This document shows, one piece after another, positions 25,345 to 32,000 of a stretch of DNA of 32,000 bases. The DNA comes from Microcystis aeruginosa NIES-843 (GTDB lineage: Bacteria > Cyanobacteriota > Cyanobacteriia > Cyanobacteriales > Microcystaceae): positions 2,940,001-2,972,000 of the forward strand of contig NC_010296.1 in the NCBI RefSeq assembly GCF_000010625.1. Direction: 5' to 3'. The translations under genes were made by a program, and so were the position numbers. The notes below the pieces were generated by a model, which was given only the letters and a program-made list of their open reading frames with translations, had not been told where the DNA came from and searched no databases. The first letter of the stretch is position 1; each line of letters opens with the position of its first letter.

Positions 25345-25387
25345 GGTTTGGGAATCACCGTCCGTTTACGGCGGTGAGGATGTCAAC
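25200..25387 (+). ncRNA. Candidate omegaRNA (reRNA) scaffold of copy B
   Basis: The tnpB 3' end plus the RE hairpin (caccgtccg-ttta-cggcggtg). It is nucleotide-identical to copy A over the last ~170 nt. The guide would be the flank starting near 25388 (attcatactttgtgc...). Extent is inferred from characterised TnpB systems. Confidence 0.35.
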
Positions 25388-26440
25388 ATTCATACTTTGT
25401 GCTTTTTGTCAAAAAAACTTTTTTTTTGCAACAAAACTACACAAAAAAAAGATCATCGTTGTGGGTGAAATTGACTCATTTACCTGTCTTAATTAGGATT
25501 ACCTTCTAGCTGTGGTAAGGGTTTCAAGCGTTGCTGTCCAAAAAAGCACAGAAAAACCCATTATGAAATTCAGTAAAATCGCTGTAACCATTGTAACATC
25601 GTTGTTAAATAAAAATCTTTCTCAATTAATTTTTAAGAATTTGTAAATATTGCGGAATGTTAATTTAAATATTCTCAAGTTTTTGGCATCAATCAATAAT
25701 TTTTGCTTATCTTTGTCGAACATTGGGTTAGGAGTAAGGAGTCAGTCCTGATGCCAAAGTCGGCACCGCCAAACATGAAAATATTCTGATTGACGAATTT
25801 GCCTTATTTCAGCCTCTATTTTCCAGTCAGGAGCCGGTCGTCGGGAGGGGAAGTCAGAATAACTGGACTTCCCCCATACAGAAATACTAAAAAATTAACA
25901 AAACCCTTACTGCCTGGAGCTTCTCAGAAAAAATTGAAAAGACGCTACTGGGTACATTTTCCCTTTGAAAATGGCTGTACCGTTGACTGTATCTAGAGTA
26001 GAGCGATTCCGTAGAGTTGGCTGTATAGTGATCGCTAACCTTATTGTAACAGATGGTGTCATTAATCTCTAGAGTCAGCGATTCCCTCGGTAGCCATGTT
26101 TTTCATGGTTTTCTGCCTGGAAACAAGCTATAATGGTCGAAGGGTCAAATTTGAAAAATTTTGCCTCAAACCCTGTCTGCGTAAGGATTTCAGGAGTTTG
26201 TACCCAGTAGTTTATTAGTATTACATTGCTTTAACTCAGGCTCTGTAAGACTTTGAGCCATAGCTAGTATATTTATACGGGGGAAGTTCAGGAATAACAG
26301 AATCACCTCGCACGTCTGGAAGCAGACCCCTTCGAGATCGAAGAGCGAAAGTGCAGGGGTTTTGAGTCCCTCGGATCGGTTTCTCAACGTTTGTCTCTTG
26401 CACTTTTTTGACTAAAAAAGTCCCTAAACCGTTTTCTAGC

Positions 26441-26696
26441 AAGGCTTCCAGTAATATTCAGCAAACCCTAATTAGGGTTTGCGGCAAAAAGTTTTTCCTG
26501 GGGGCAGGGTGTGGGGTGTAGGGTGTAGGGTGTAGGGTTTTAGCGATTTTGAGGGGGTCAATTACCTAATTTTCAGGGAAAAAGTCCAGGAATTTTCCAC
26601 CCGATCACTCCGGGATCTGGCACTTTTTGGTTTCCAAAAAGTCTAAAAGTCTTACCCAACAAGGCTTCCAGTAATATTCAGCAAACCCTAATTAGG
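26441..26696 (+). repeat. MITE-like repeat, copy 3, bounded by 36-nt direct repeats
   Basis: aaggcttccagtaatattcagcaaaccctaattagg occurs at 26441-26476 and again at 26661-26696. The interior aligns with 4524-4745. It contains the perfect 22-nt palindrome gcaaaccctaattagggtttgc. Confidence 0.85.
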
Positions 26697-26788
26697 AGTC
26701 GGTTTACCTCACCGGTAGCATAGCGCAAGTTTGCATAATAACGGAGAGATTTAATAATAATTTGTCTCATTTTTTCTAAACTATCCAT
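26697..26788 (-). pseudogene. xisI: XisI-family N-terminal remnant, truncated by the MITE
   Basis: The minus strand reads MDSLEKMRQIIIKSLRYYANLRYATGEVNR, which resembles XisI N-termini (MDKL..YR..I..LL..YA). The reading frame then runs into MITE sequence and stops. Confidence 0.5.
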
Positions 26789-26931
26789 CTTAAAATAACC
26801 TCCTCAATTTTGTCAAAAACCAATAATTTGAATCGTTTATTGTCTAATAAAACTTGACCAATAGAATCTTCAAAAATATCGGCAAAAGCTTGTTGATGAA
26901 TTGCTAAATATAAAGTTATTTCAGATTTTTG
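26776..26931 (-). pseudogene. xisH: XisH-family C-terminal remnant
   Basis: The minus strand reads ..ITLYLAIHQQAFADIFEDSIGQVLLDNKRFKLLVFDKIEEVILRWIV*, matching the XisH C-terminus pattern (..LYLAVP...Y..FF.......KLI[VI][YF]D...EVI..WI). An in-frame TGA lies upstream and the N-terminal ~90 aa are missing. Its end overlaps the xisI ATG, as in intact pairs. Confidence 0.55.
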
Positions 26932-26970
26932 TCATATCTTTGTAATTTTATAAGATACTTGTTAAATGAA

Positions 26971-27372
26971 TCAAATTTTTGGCTTTAAATAAACAAGTCG
27001 GTTTGTCCAATCCTGTTTGCCTTGTAGATCCCATAAAGCTAAAAGTGAACGAATTAAAAGACCAAAATTGCTAGGAGGAATGGACTGATAATCGATAAAA
27101 ATAACGCCACTATGACTTTTTTGAGCTTCTCCCCATTCGCACAAAAGCGGGGGAATAGTGTTCTGGTCGTATGTTACTAGGGTTAACTGGGCTTCGGTTG
27201 CGGCTTTTAAAACGATTTCATCCGAATCAGCCAAATATCGACCTTCTTGCCAAGTGATTAAAGGAAAAATCAGGATTTCTGGACGTTTACGACTAATTTG
27301 TTCGGCAACCGTCGGAGAAATATGTTCATCTAATAAAAAAGATAGCATTTTAGCTATTCCCCACTCACTCAC
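26971..27372 (-). CDS. DUF5615-family PIN-like protein (putative toxin)
   Basis: FLLDEHISPTVAEQI...DSDEIVLKAATEAQLTLVTYDQNTIPPLL..W......HSGVIFID matches the DUF5615/Mut7-C-like pattern as recalled. The GTG start overlaps the upstream stop (GTGA). Confidence 0.7.
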   Translation of the reverse strand: MSEWGIAKMLSFLLDEHISPTVAEQISRKRPEILIFPLITWQEGRYLADSDEIVLKAATEAQLTLVTYDQNTIPPLLCEWGEAQKSHSGVIFIDYQSIPPSNFGLLIRSLLALWDLQGKQDWTNRLVYLKPKI

Positions 27373-27797
27373 AGGGAATCAGGATAAACCGTAATTGTTT
27401 CTAATTGGGGTAAGAGCCGTTTGAGTGTCGTTTCATTGAGGGTTTGAGCCTCGGTGATCGCCTTTTGAACTTCTGACTGATAAGCTTCAGCATAGAGCAA
27501 AGCAGAGCGGACCCATTCGAGGGGTCGATGAAAATGTGCCGCCGTTTTTTGTTCATCTAGCGCGTAGCTTTGAGCAATTTGAATTACTTCCCAGAGAGCC
27601 AAACTGGAGTTTTTGAGGTAGGGTTGTCGCCCCAAAGGAGACTGGCGAAATTCAATATAGGGGAACTCGCTTTCTCTGAGGGATTCCTCAATTAAAATTG
27701 CGCTGGTTTCACTAGGGGTTTTTCCTAATCGGCGGGCCAACTGTTTAAGTCGTTCCGCTGTGCGATCGGGGAGTCGGGTACTAATAACTTGAGACAT
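27369..27797 (-). CDS. RHH (CopG-like) + DUF433 domain protein (putative antitoxin)
   Basis: The N-terminus ISTRLPDRTAERLKQLARRLGKTPSETSAILIEESL is ribbon-helix-helix-like. It is followed by YIEFRQSPLGRQPYLKNSSLALWEVIQ, which is DUF433-like. Confidence 0.65.
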   Translation of the reverse strand: MSQVISTRLPDRTAERLKQLARRLGKTPSETSAILIEESLRESEFPYIEFRQSPLGRQPYLKNSSLALWEVIQIAQSYALDEQKTAAHFHRPLEWVRSALLYAEAYQSEVQKAITEAQTLNETTLKRLLPQLETITVYPDSL

Positions 27798-27838
27798 AAA
27801 TTTTTCAACCTTAAATTTTAAATCATCGATTTAGAGAT

Positions 27839-27856
27839 ATTATATGCCAATTGGCA
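27839..27856 (-). promoter_or_regulatory. Candidate -10 box plus palindromic operator upstream of the RHH-DUF433 gene
   Basis: The minus strand reads TGCCAATTGGCA (a perfect 12-nt palindrome, 27845-27856) followed immediately by TATAAT (27839-27844), about 42 nt before the ATG at 27797. Confidence 0.35.
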
Positions 27857-27975
27857 CAAGAGGAAGAGGAGGTCATTCTATATTTCCCAATACTTCATTA
27901 GAATTAGAAAATTCAACTTCAATTTAGATCATTCCTCTCAATAGCGCCATATCAGTTTTTTCCACTGATAACTGT

Positions 27976-28404
27976 TCACTGTTCACTGTATGAAGGATTT
28001 AGCAGTCGAGTGAACCCTGCTTGTTCAAAATGCCGATCTGATGTAAAGGCTAATGTAATTACTTCTTGCTGCATAATGACAAAGCTAATACAATCAGTTA
28101 GCCCCCAATCTTTATCAAGACGCTGACTATAAAGTTTCCAACCCTCATCGAAAAGAGATTTATTGAGCGGTATAATCTGTAAACCAATTAGATTGTTGAG
28201 GTGATTAATAAATCTAATTGTTTGAGAGCGAATTTTCGGCGAAACCAGAGCATCAGCCACTTGCAATAAAACAAAATCTGTTGTTATAAGCTGACATTTC
28301 TGTTGTTGAAGATTCGCCTTAACACGCTTGGCTTGTTCATGAAAAACATCATCAACATTAATTAAGGCAATCCAGGCTGCCGTATCAACAAAAACCTTCC
28401 TCAC
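27976..28404 (-). CDS. vapC: PIN-domain ribonuclease toxin (VapC-like)
   Basis: GTG start at 28404 overlapping the antitoxin TGA (GTGA). VFVDTAAWIALINVDDVFH...ITTDFVLLQVADAL...DCISFVIM......AFTSDRHFEQAGF gives the PIN acidic residues. The tracked ORF 27976..28488 over-extends upstream. Confidence 0.8.
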   Translation of the reverse strand: MRKVFVDTAAWIALINVDDVFHEQAKRVKANLQQQKCQLITTDFVLLQVADALVSPKIRSQTIRFINHLNNLIGLQIIPLNKSLFDEGWKLYSQRLDKDWGLTDCISFVIMQQEVITLAFTSDRHFEQAGFTRLLNPSYSEQ

Positions 28405-28637
28405 GATTCTAGCTCTCGCTTGGGTAGCCCGTGAATGTAATGATCGTGCTGATAGGACAAATCGGAAGTTCCTGTATTCATCTGGCACTCTTCTAAGATT
28501 TGGTCAAACTCGTCCCAAAAATCATACTCTGGGGATCTGGATTCAAGCTGCTTTATGAGCATTGCGGCAATCTTATTTTGCTCTGATTCGGGGAGTTGTT
28601 TGACTTGAGCGATCGCCTCTTCTAATAGCTTTGTCAT
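28401..28637 (-). CDS. Putative antitoxin of the VapC-like toxin (unclassified family)
   Basis: 78 aa. MTKLLEEAIAQVKQLPESEQNKIAAMLIKQLE and a C-terminal ..HDHYIHGLPKR motif, translationally coupled to the PIN gene. A second copy is at 29603-29863. Confidence 0.65.
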   Translation of the reverse strand: MTKLLEEAIAQVKQLPESEQNKIAAMLIKQLESRSPEYDFWDEFDQILEECQMNTGTSDLSYQHDHYIHGLPKRELES

Positions 28638-28684
28638 ATCTTTGGAATTGTATAAAACCCTAATAACGATTATCTCATCATCTC

Positions 28685-28730
28685 GTTACCAGGTTCTACC
28701 TGGTAACGCTCTTTTCAGGTTCTACCTGAA
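28685..28730 (-). promoter_or_regulatory. Two inverted repeats sharing the core CAGGTAGAACCTG (candidate operators) upstream of the antitoxin gene
   Basis: Plus strand: gttaccagg-ttcta-cctggtaac (28685-28707) and ttcagg-ttcta-cctgaa (28714-28730). They lie 50-90 nt upstream of the ATG at 28637. The duplicate locus at about 29915-29935 has only one hybrid copy. Confidence 0.4.
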
Positions 28731-28751
28731 GAATGCTTTTCAACAACAGTC

Positions 28752-29144
28752 TTATGGGATGAAAATTCGACCGACTCCCATATAGTTTTCTAGATCAAAT
28801 AAAATCTCAATCAAGCGGGTAGCACATCTTTGCCGATAGCTACTTTCATCAAGGCGATCAGGGTTTCCAATTGTCAGAATTGGCAGGGAAGCGGGTGTAT
28901 TTTCTTCACGTATGGTTTGTTCCAGCGAATCAATTCCTTTCATATTTCGATTTGCTGTAATTAAAATCATCTGAGTGTTTTGAGCAAATTGCCAAACAAC
29001 CCGATCACTACTATCCATCGGCAATCCAACATCCTGAAAGGTGAAGAAGCGGATGGGCAAAAGATCAAGCCATCCTTCTGCTGAGAGGGTTCCCCAGAAT
29101 AAAACAACATCGCCCGTTAAGTTGTAGTCAATCAGAAAGTTCAT
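28752..29144 (-). CDS. PIN-like (DUF5615/Mut7-C-type) protein, putative toxin
   Basis: 130 aa. MNFLIDYNL...DVGLPMDSSDRVVWQFAQNTQMILITANRN. The ATG overlaps the stop of the upstream DUF433 gene (ATGA). Family assignment is by pattern and gene context only. Confidence 0.5.
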   Translation of the reverse strand: MNFLIDYNLTGDVVLFWGTLSAEGWLDLLPIRFFTFQDVGLPMDSSDRVVWQFAQNTQMILITANRNMKGIDSLEQTIREENTPASLPILTIGNPDRLDESSYRQRCATRLIEILFDLENYMGVGRIFIP

Positions 29145-29521
29145 GATTGAGATTCAATGCGTGCTTTCCACTCTTGAAGCTTCGCACGAATGGTTTCTTG
29201 ACCGGGCTTAGGGGGCATCGCCGCAATCTTGGCAAATCGCTCACGATTTCGCTCTTCCCAGTATTGACGAATTTCTGTCGCTGTCTGCAAGCATTCTTGA
29301 TACTCGGCTTCAACCTCAGTACAATGAGTCTCAATGTATGCTAGGGCTGAATCAATCTGTCTATCATTAAGACCAAGTTTTTCACGAATCAGCTTGGGGG
29401 GATACTGAGCCTTTAGGTAATCCATAACATCATAAAGGGTAATTCGCGTACCGGCGATTGTCAATCCACGCTCTGTACGAATAATGGCTGATTGCCCGTT
29501 GGATACTAGAACCATACTCAT
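29141..29521 (-). CDS. DUF433 domain protein with C-terminal coiled-coil tail (putative antitoxin)
   Basis: IRTERGLTIAGTRITLYDVMDYLKAQYPPKLIREKLGLNDRQIDSALAYI is the DUF433 pattern. It is followed by a charged helical tail, EAEYQECLQTATEIRQYWEERNRERF. Confidence 0.7.
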   Translation of the reverse strand: MSMVLVSNGQSAIIRTERGLTIAGTRITLYDVMDYLKAQYPPKLIREKLGLNDRQIDSALAYIETHCTEVEAEYQECLQTATEIRQYWEERNRERFAKIAAMPPKPGQETIRAKLQEWKARIESQS

Positions 29522-29602
29522 AACCTTCTAGAATTTCATTCTATTGTACGTTATTTGAATGCTGAACAGCTTACCTAATTACTCTGAATAGCACTATATC
29601 AA

Positions 29603-29863
29603 TCAGTTTTTTCTACTGTTCACTGTTAACTGTTCACTGTATCGCTTGGGTAGCCCGTGAATGTAATGATCGTGCTGATAGGACAGATCGGAAATTCCTG
29701 TATTCATCTGGCACTCTTCTAAGATTTGGTCAAACTCGTCCCAAAAATCATACTCTGGGGATCTGGATTCAAGCTGCTTTATGAGCATTGCGGCAATCTT
29801 ATTTTGCTCTGATTCGGGGAGTTGTTTGACTTGAGCGATCGCCTCTTCTAATAGCTTTGTCAT
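29603..29863 (-). CDS. Second copy of the antitoxin, orphan (toxin gene deleted), C-terminus fused to the last vapC codons and heptamer-repeat sequence
   Basis: The first 73 aa match 28401..28637 except T56I. It then reads YSEQLTVNSRKN* in place of ELES*. Confidence 0.6.
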   Translation of the reverse strand: MTKLLEEAIAQVKQLPESEQNKIAAMLIKQLESRSPEYDFWDEFDQILEECQMNTGISDLSYQHDHYIHGLPKRYSEQLTVNSRKN

Positions 29864-30015
29864 ATCCTTGGAATTGTATAAAACCCTAATAACGATTATC
29901 TCATCATCTCGTTCCCAGGTTCTACCTGAAGAATAGTTTAAGGCAGCTCCTTAAATATTGTCTGTCAAGGCAGAGCCTTGGCACAAGCGAAAGGCATACA
30001 AGCAAGCATTTTCGG

Positions 30016-32000
30016 TTATTGAGGATTTTTTCTTTTTGCGGGTTTTTGTTTGCTGGTAGGGAGTAGGGGAGCGGTTAATTTTTCATAGAGTTCAAAGAGG
30101 TATTCAATACGGTTTAATTCACTGGTAAAGGGTTGGGGACGATAACACAAATCAACGGCTTTGTCAAGTTTTTGGTGAGCTTTGAGCAAGTCGGGAGGCA
30201 TGGTTAAAGGATCGTATAAATCCGCAAGGCTACTATCAGGATATTTTGACCTTGTATCTAGCACAGCTTGAGCGCAGGTTTCGACGGTTTGTTTTTGTTT
30301 GTCGGTGATATTTTCTGGAAAGGGGTAGTTATTATAAACAATATCTTTTGAGTAACGATAATCACTTTTTAATCGTCCGCAAACATATTTAACCCATGCC
30401 ATGTGCATTTCTGAAGTAAGAATACCAAATAAATATAAATCGCCGTTCGGAATAGACTGACAAGTATCACTGACGATATTATCAGCCGTAAAAAAGCCAA
30501 TGGGAATGTATTTTCTATTTTCTGACGTAGTTCTAGGTACAAGAATATAGTCTGATTTGGGTTGTGTGATTTGTCGAAATAAACAATGATAAGAATAGTT
30601 TCGAGTTGAAGCTGCAATACTTTTTGATCTGAATTGCTTCACGGCTTCCACACGCTCCAAAATTTCAGGTATATTCTTTAGTTCATCGGGTTTAATATCG
30701 AGTAGCCACAAACACCATTTTTTGCCACCATTTAAAAATTCTCTAGCACTAATAAAAGGTTTGATAAATTTAATCACCAAAGGATTTTTTAAGACAAGAG
30801 TATTTTTTTCTTCTTCAGATAAAATAAAATTGCCTCCATCTGTTGGCTTATTGCCATACATCATATTAGGGACATTACAGAGAGGATATTTTCGATTAAA
30901 AACCAAAATATTGTTTGCATTGATTAAGTAAGGATTAATATTTTGGGCTTTTATTAAAAGCGGCTCACTGGTTATAGTCTGATAGTCGAATAGATATTTT
31001 TCATTAGCTTCAAAACTAGCAAATCCAATAATCACACAATGAACCGCAGCATTACCTTTAGCTTCATTACTCCATTTGAAAGTTCTATGGGCAAAATGAA
31101 TACTGATATTAAATTCGTTTATTAAAACATTCCATAAGATAGATGATTGTTCCCCTTGAGAAATAGAATTAGTCGCCACTAATCCCACCTTGATTTTTGT
31201 GCTTTGAATAAATTGAGCAGATTTATAAAACCATGCTGATACATAATCCATAACCCCTGATCCAATAATTTTATCAAGAACTAGCTTTAAGTCTTCTTTT
31301 TGATCAAAATTTTGGTAATGATGCCCCACAAAAGGAGGATTTCCTAAAATAAAATTGAGCTTCTCTTTTGAGATAACTTCCTCCCAATCAATCCGCAAGG
31401 CATTTCCATTAACAATCTTTGCCGATTTCTTTAATGGTAAACGCACAAAATACTGACCAAAAGTATTACTAACTTTAATATTCATCTGATGATCAATTAA
31501 CCACATCGCCACCTCCGCCACCCTCACCGCAAACTCATCGTATTCAATACCAGCAAACTGATTAACATCTACCTGAATAATGGTACTAATATCTGTTACT
31601 AACTGCCCCGTTTTATCTAACTCCTGTAATACCAAAATCTCTAAATCGCGTAACTCTCGATAGGTAATAATTAAAAAATTGCCGCAACCACAGGCAGGAT
31701 CAAGAAAATATAAATTAGCAATCTTTTTGTGAAATTCTAGTAATTTATTGCGATTGCCTTTAATCTTCTCAAATTCTCTGTGTAAATCATCTAAAAATAA
31801 TGGTTTAATCACCTTTTGAATATTTTTCTCGGAGGTATAGTGCGCCCCTAAATTGCGTCGCTCTTTTGGATTCATTACCGCTTGAAACATAGAACCAAAA
31901 ATAGCCGGGGAAATTTTTCCCCAATCAAAAGCACAAGCTTCTAATAACATGACTCGCATCTTGCTATCAAAAGCCGCTAAAGGTAACGACTCCTCGAATA
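30016..32000 (-). CDS. MmeI-like type IIL/IIG restriction-modification enzyme (methyltransferase and specificity portion); N-terminus outside the window
   Basis: The frame stays open to the window edge (..FEESLPLAAFDSKMRVMLLEAC..). ISPAIFGSMFQAVMNPKERRNLGAHYTSEKNI, SAM motif FLDPACGCGNFLI and catalytic motif GNPPFVG indicate a gamma-class N6-adenine MTase. The long C-terminal region fits the MmeI-family layout as recalled. Confidence 0.75.
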   Translation of the reverse strand, partial: FEESLPLAAFDSKMRVMLLEACAFDWGKISPAIFGSMFQAVMNPKERRNLGAHYTSEKNIQKVIKPLFLDDLHREFEKIKGNRNKLLEFHKKIANLYFLDPACGCGNFLIITYRELRDLEILVLQELDKTGQLVTDISTIIQVDVNQFAGIEYDEFAVRVAEVAMWLIDHQMNIKVSNTFGQYFVRLPLKKSAKIVNGNALRIDWEEVISKEKLNFILGNPPFVGHHYQNFDQKEDLKLVLDKIIGSGVMDYVSAWFYKSAQFIQSTKIKVGLVATNSISQGEQSSILWNVLINEFNISIHFAHRTFKWSNEAKGNAAVHCVIIGFASFEANEKYLFDYQTITSEPLLIKAQNINPYLINANNILVFNRKYPLCNVPNMMYGNKPTDGGNFILSEEEKNTLVLKNPLVIKFIKPFISAREFLNGGKKWCLWLLDIKPDELKNIPEILERVEAVKQFRSKSIAASTRNYSYHCLFRQITQPKSDYILVPRTTSENRKYIPIGFFTADNIVSDTCQSIPNGDLYLFGILTSEMHMAWVKYVCGRLKSDYRYSKDIVYNNYPFPENITDKQKQTVETCAQAVLDTRSKYPDSSLADLYDPLTMPPDLLKAHQKLDKAVDLCYRPQPFTSELNRIEYLFELYEKLTAPLLPTSKQKPAKRKNPQ

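Larger units (their letters stand above)
24066..25387 (+). mobile_element. IS200/IS605-family, tnpB-only (IS1341-type) element, copy B
   Basis: Same 1322-bp unit as 913-2234 but in opposite orientation. The left flank ends ...cataattcat. The element ends ...gaggatgtcaac. Confidence 0.85.

Noticed and set aside
25790-25996. 68-aa TTG-start ORF, plus the minus-strand ORFs 26190..26387 and 26236..26442
   Set aside because: No homology is recognised, the composition is basic and low-complexity, and they span the hairpin and inverted-repeat sequences. They are treated as noncoding.
28405-28488. Upstream extension of the PIN ORF (MPDEYRNFRFVLSARSLHSRATQARARI)
   Set aside because: It overlaps the antitoxin CDS out of frame. 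The GTG at 28404 gives the canonical 4-nt antitoxin/toxin overlap and a PIN domain starting at VFVDTAAW.

Overview
This window looks like chromosomal DNA from a unicellular cyanobacterium, most likely Microcystis-like. The basis is the photosynthesis and NDH-1 genes (psbZ, ndhF), frequent GCGATCGC (HIP1) palindromes, dense STRR-type heptamer and octamer tandem repeats, and many IS/MITE copies. Taxonomy is inference only.

Positions 1-25400 are a housekeeping backbone: psbZ', ribH, tRNA-Gly, a ProA paralog, mlaE-like, ndhF, secG, gpmI, a PstS-like protein, rpsD, fbaA, a Ctp protease and an amino-acid-type binding protein. Mobile DNA interrupts it:
- Two 1322-bp tnpB-only IS200/IS605 elements in inverted orientation (913-2234 and 24066-25387).
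- A 354-bp tnpB-less derivative (17168-17521).
- An IS630 element (6256-7209).
- Three copies of a roughly 220-235-bp MITE-like repeat.
- A decay zone at 14806-15962: an mlaE 5' fragment, hicA plus a truncated hicB, a radical-SAM fragment and an orphan brnA.

Positions 25400-32000 look more AT-rich by eye and form an accessory island. It holds about 1 kb with no convincing gene, xisH/xisI remnants cut by a MITE, and then a co-directional minus-strand array. That array has two DUF433/DUF5615 pairs, a VapBC-like pair, a duplicated antitoxin whose vapC has been deleted, and a partial MmeI-like type IIL/IIG restriction-modification gene that runs off the window.

Strongest leads:
1. Both TnpB copies share the same +1 frame break. 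All 5 nucleotide differences just downstream are synonymous in the shifted frame, which suggests recoding or a two-piece nuclease rather than a dead gene.
2. The tnpB-less mini-element keeps an omegaRNA/RE-like 3' module through a compensatory stem change.
3. The stacked toxin-antitoxin array shows a clean toxin deletion.
4. The ProA paralog lacks the catalytic cysteine.

No CRISPR array and no rRNA were seen.
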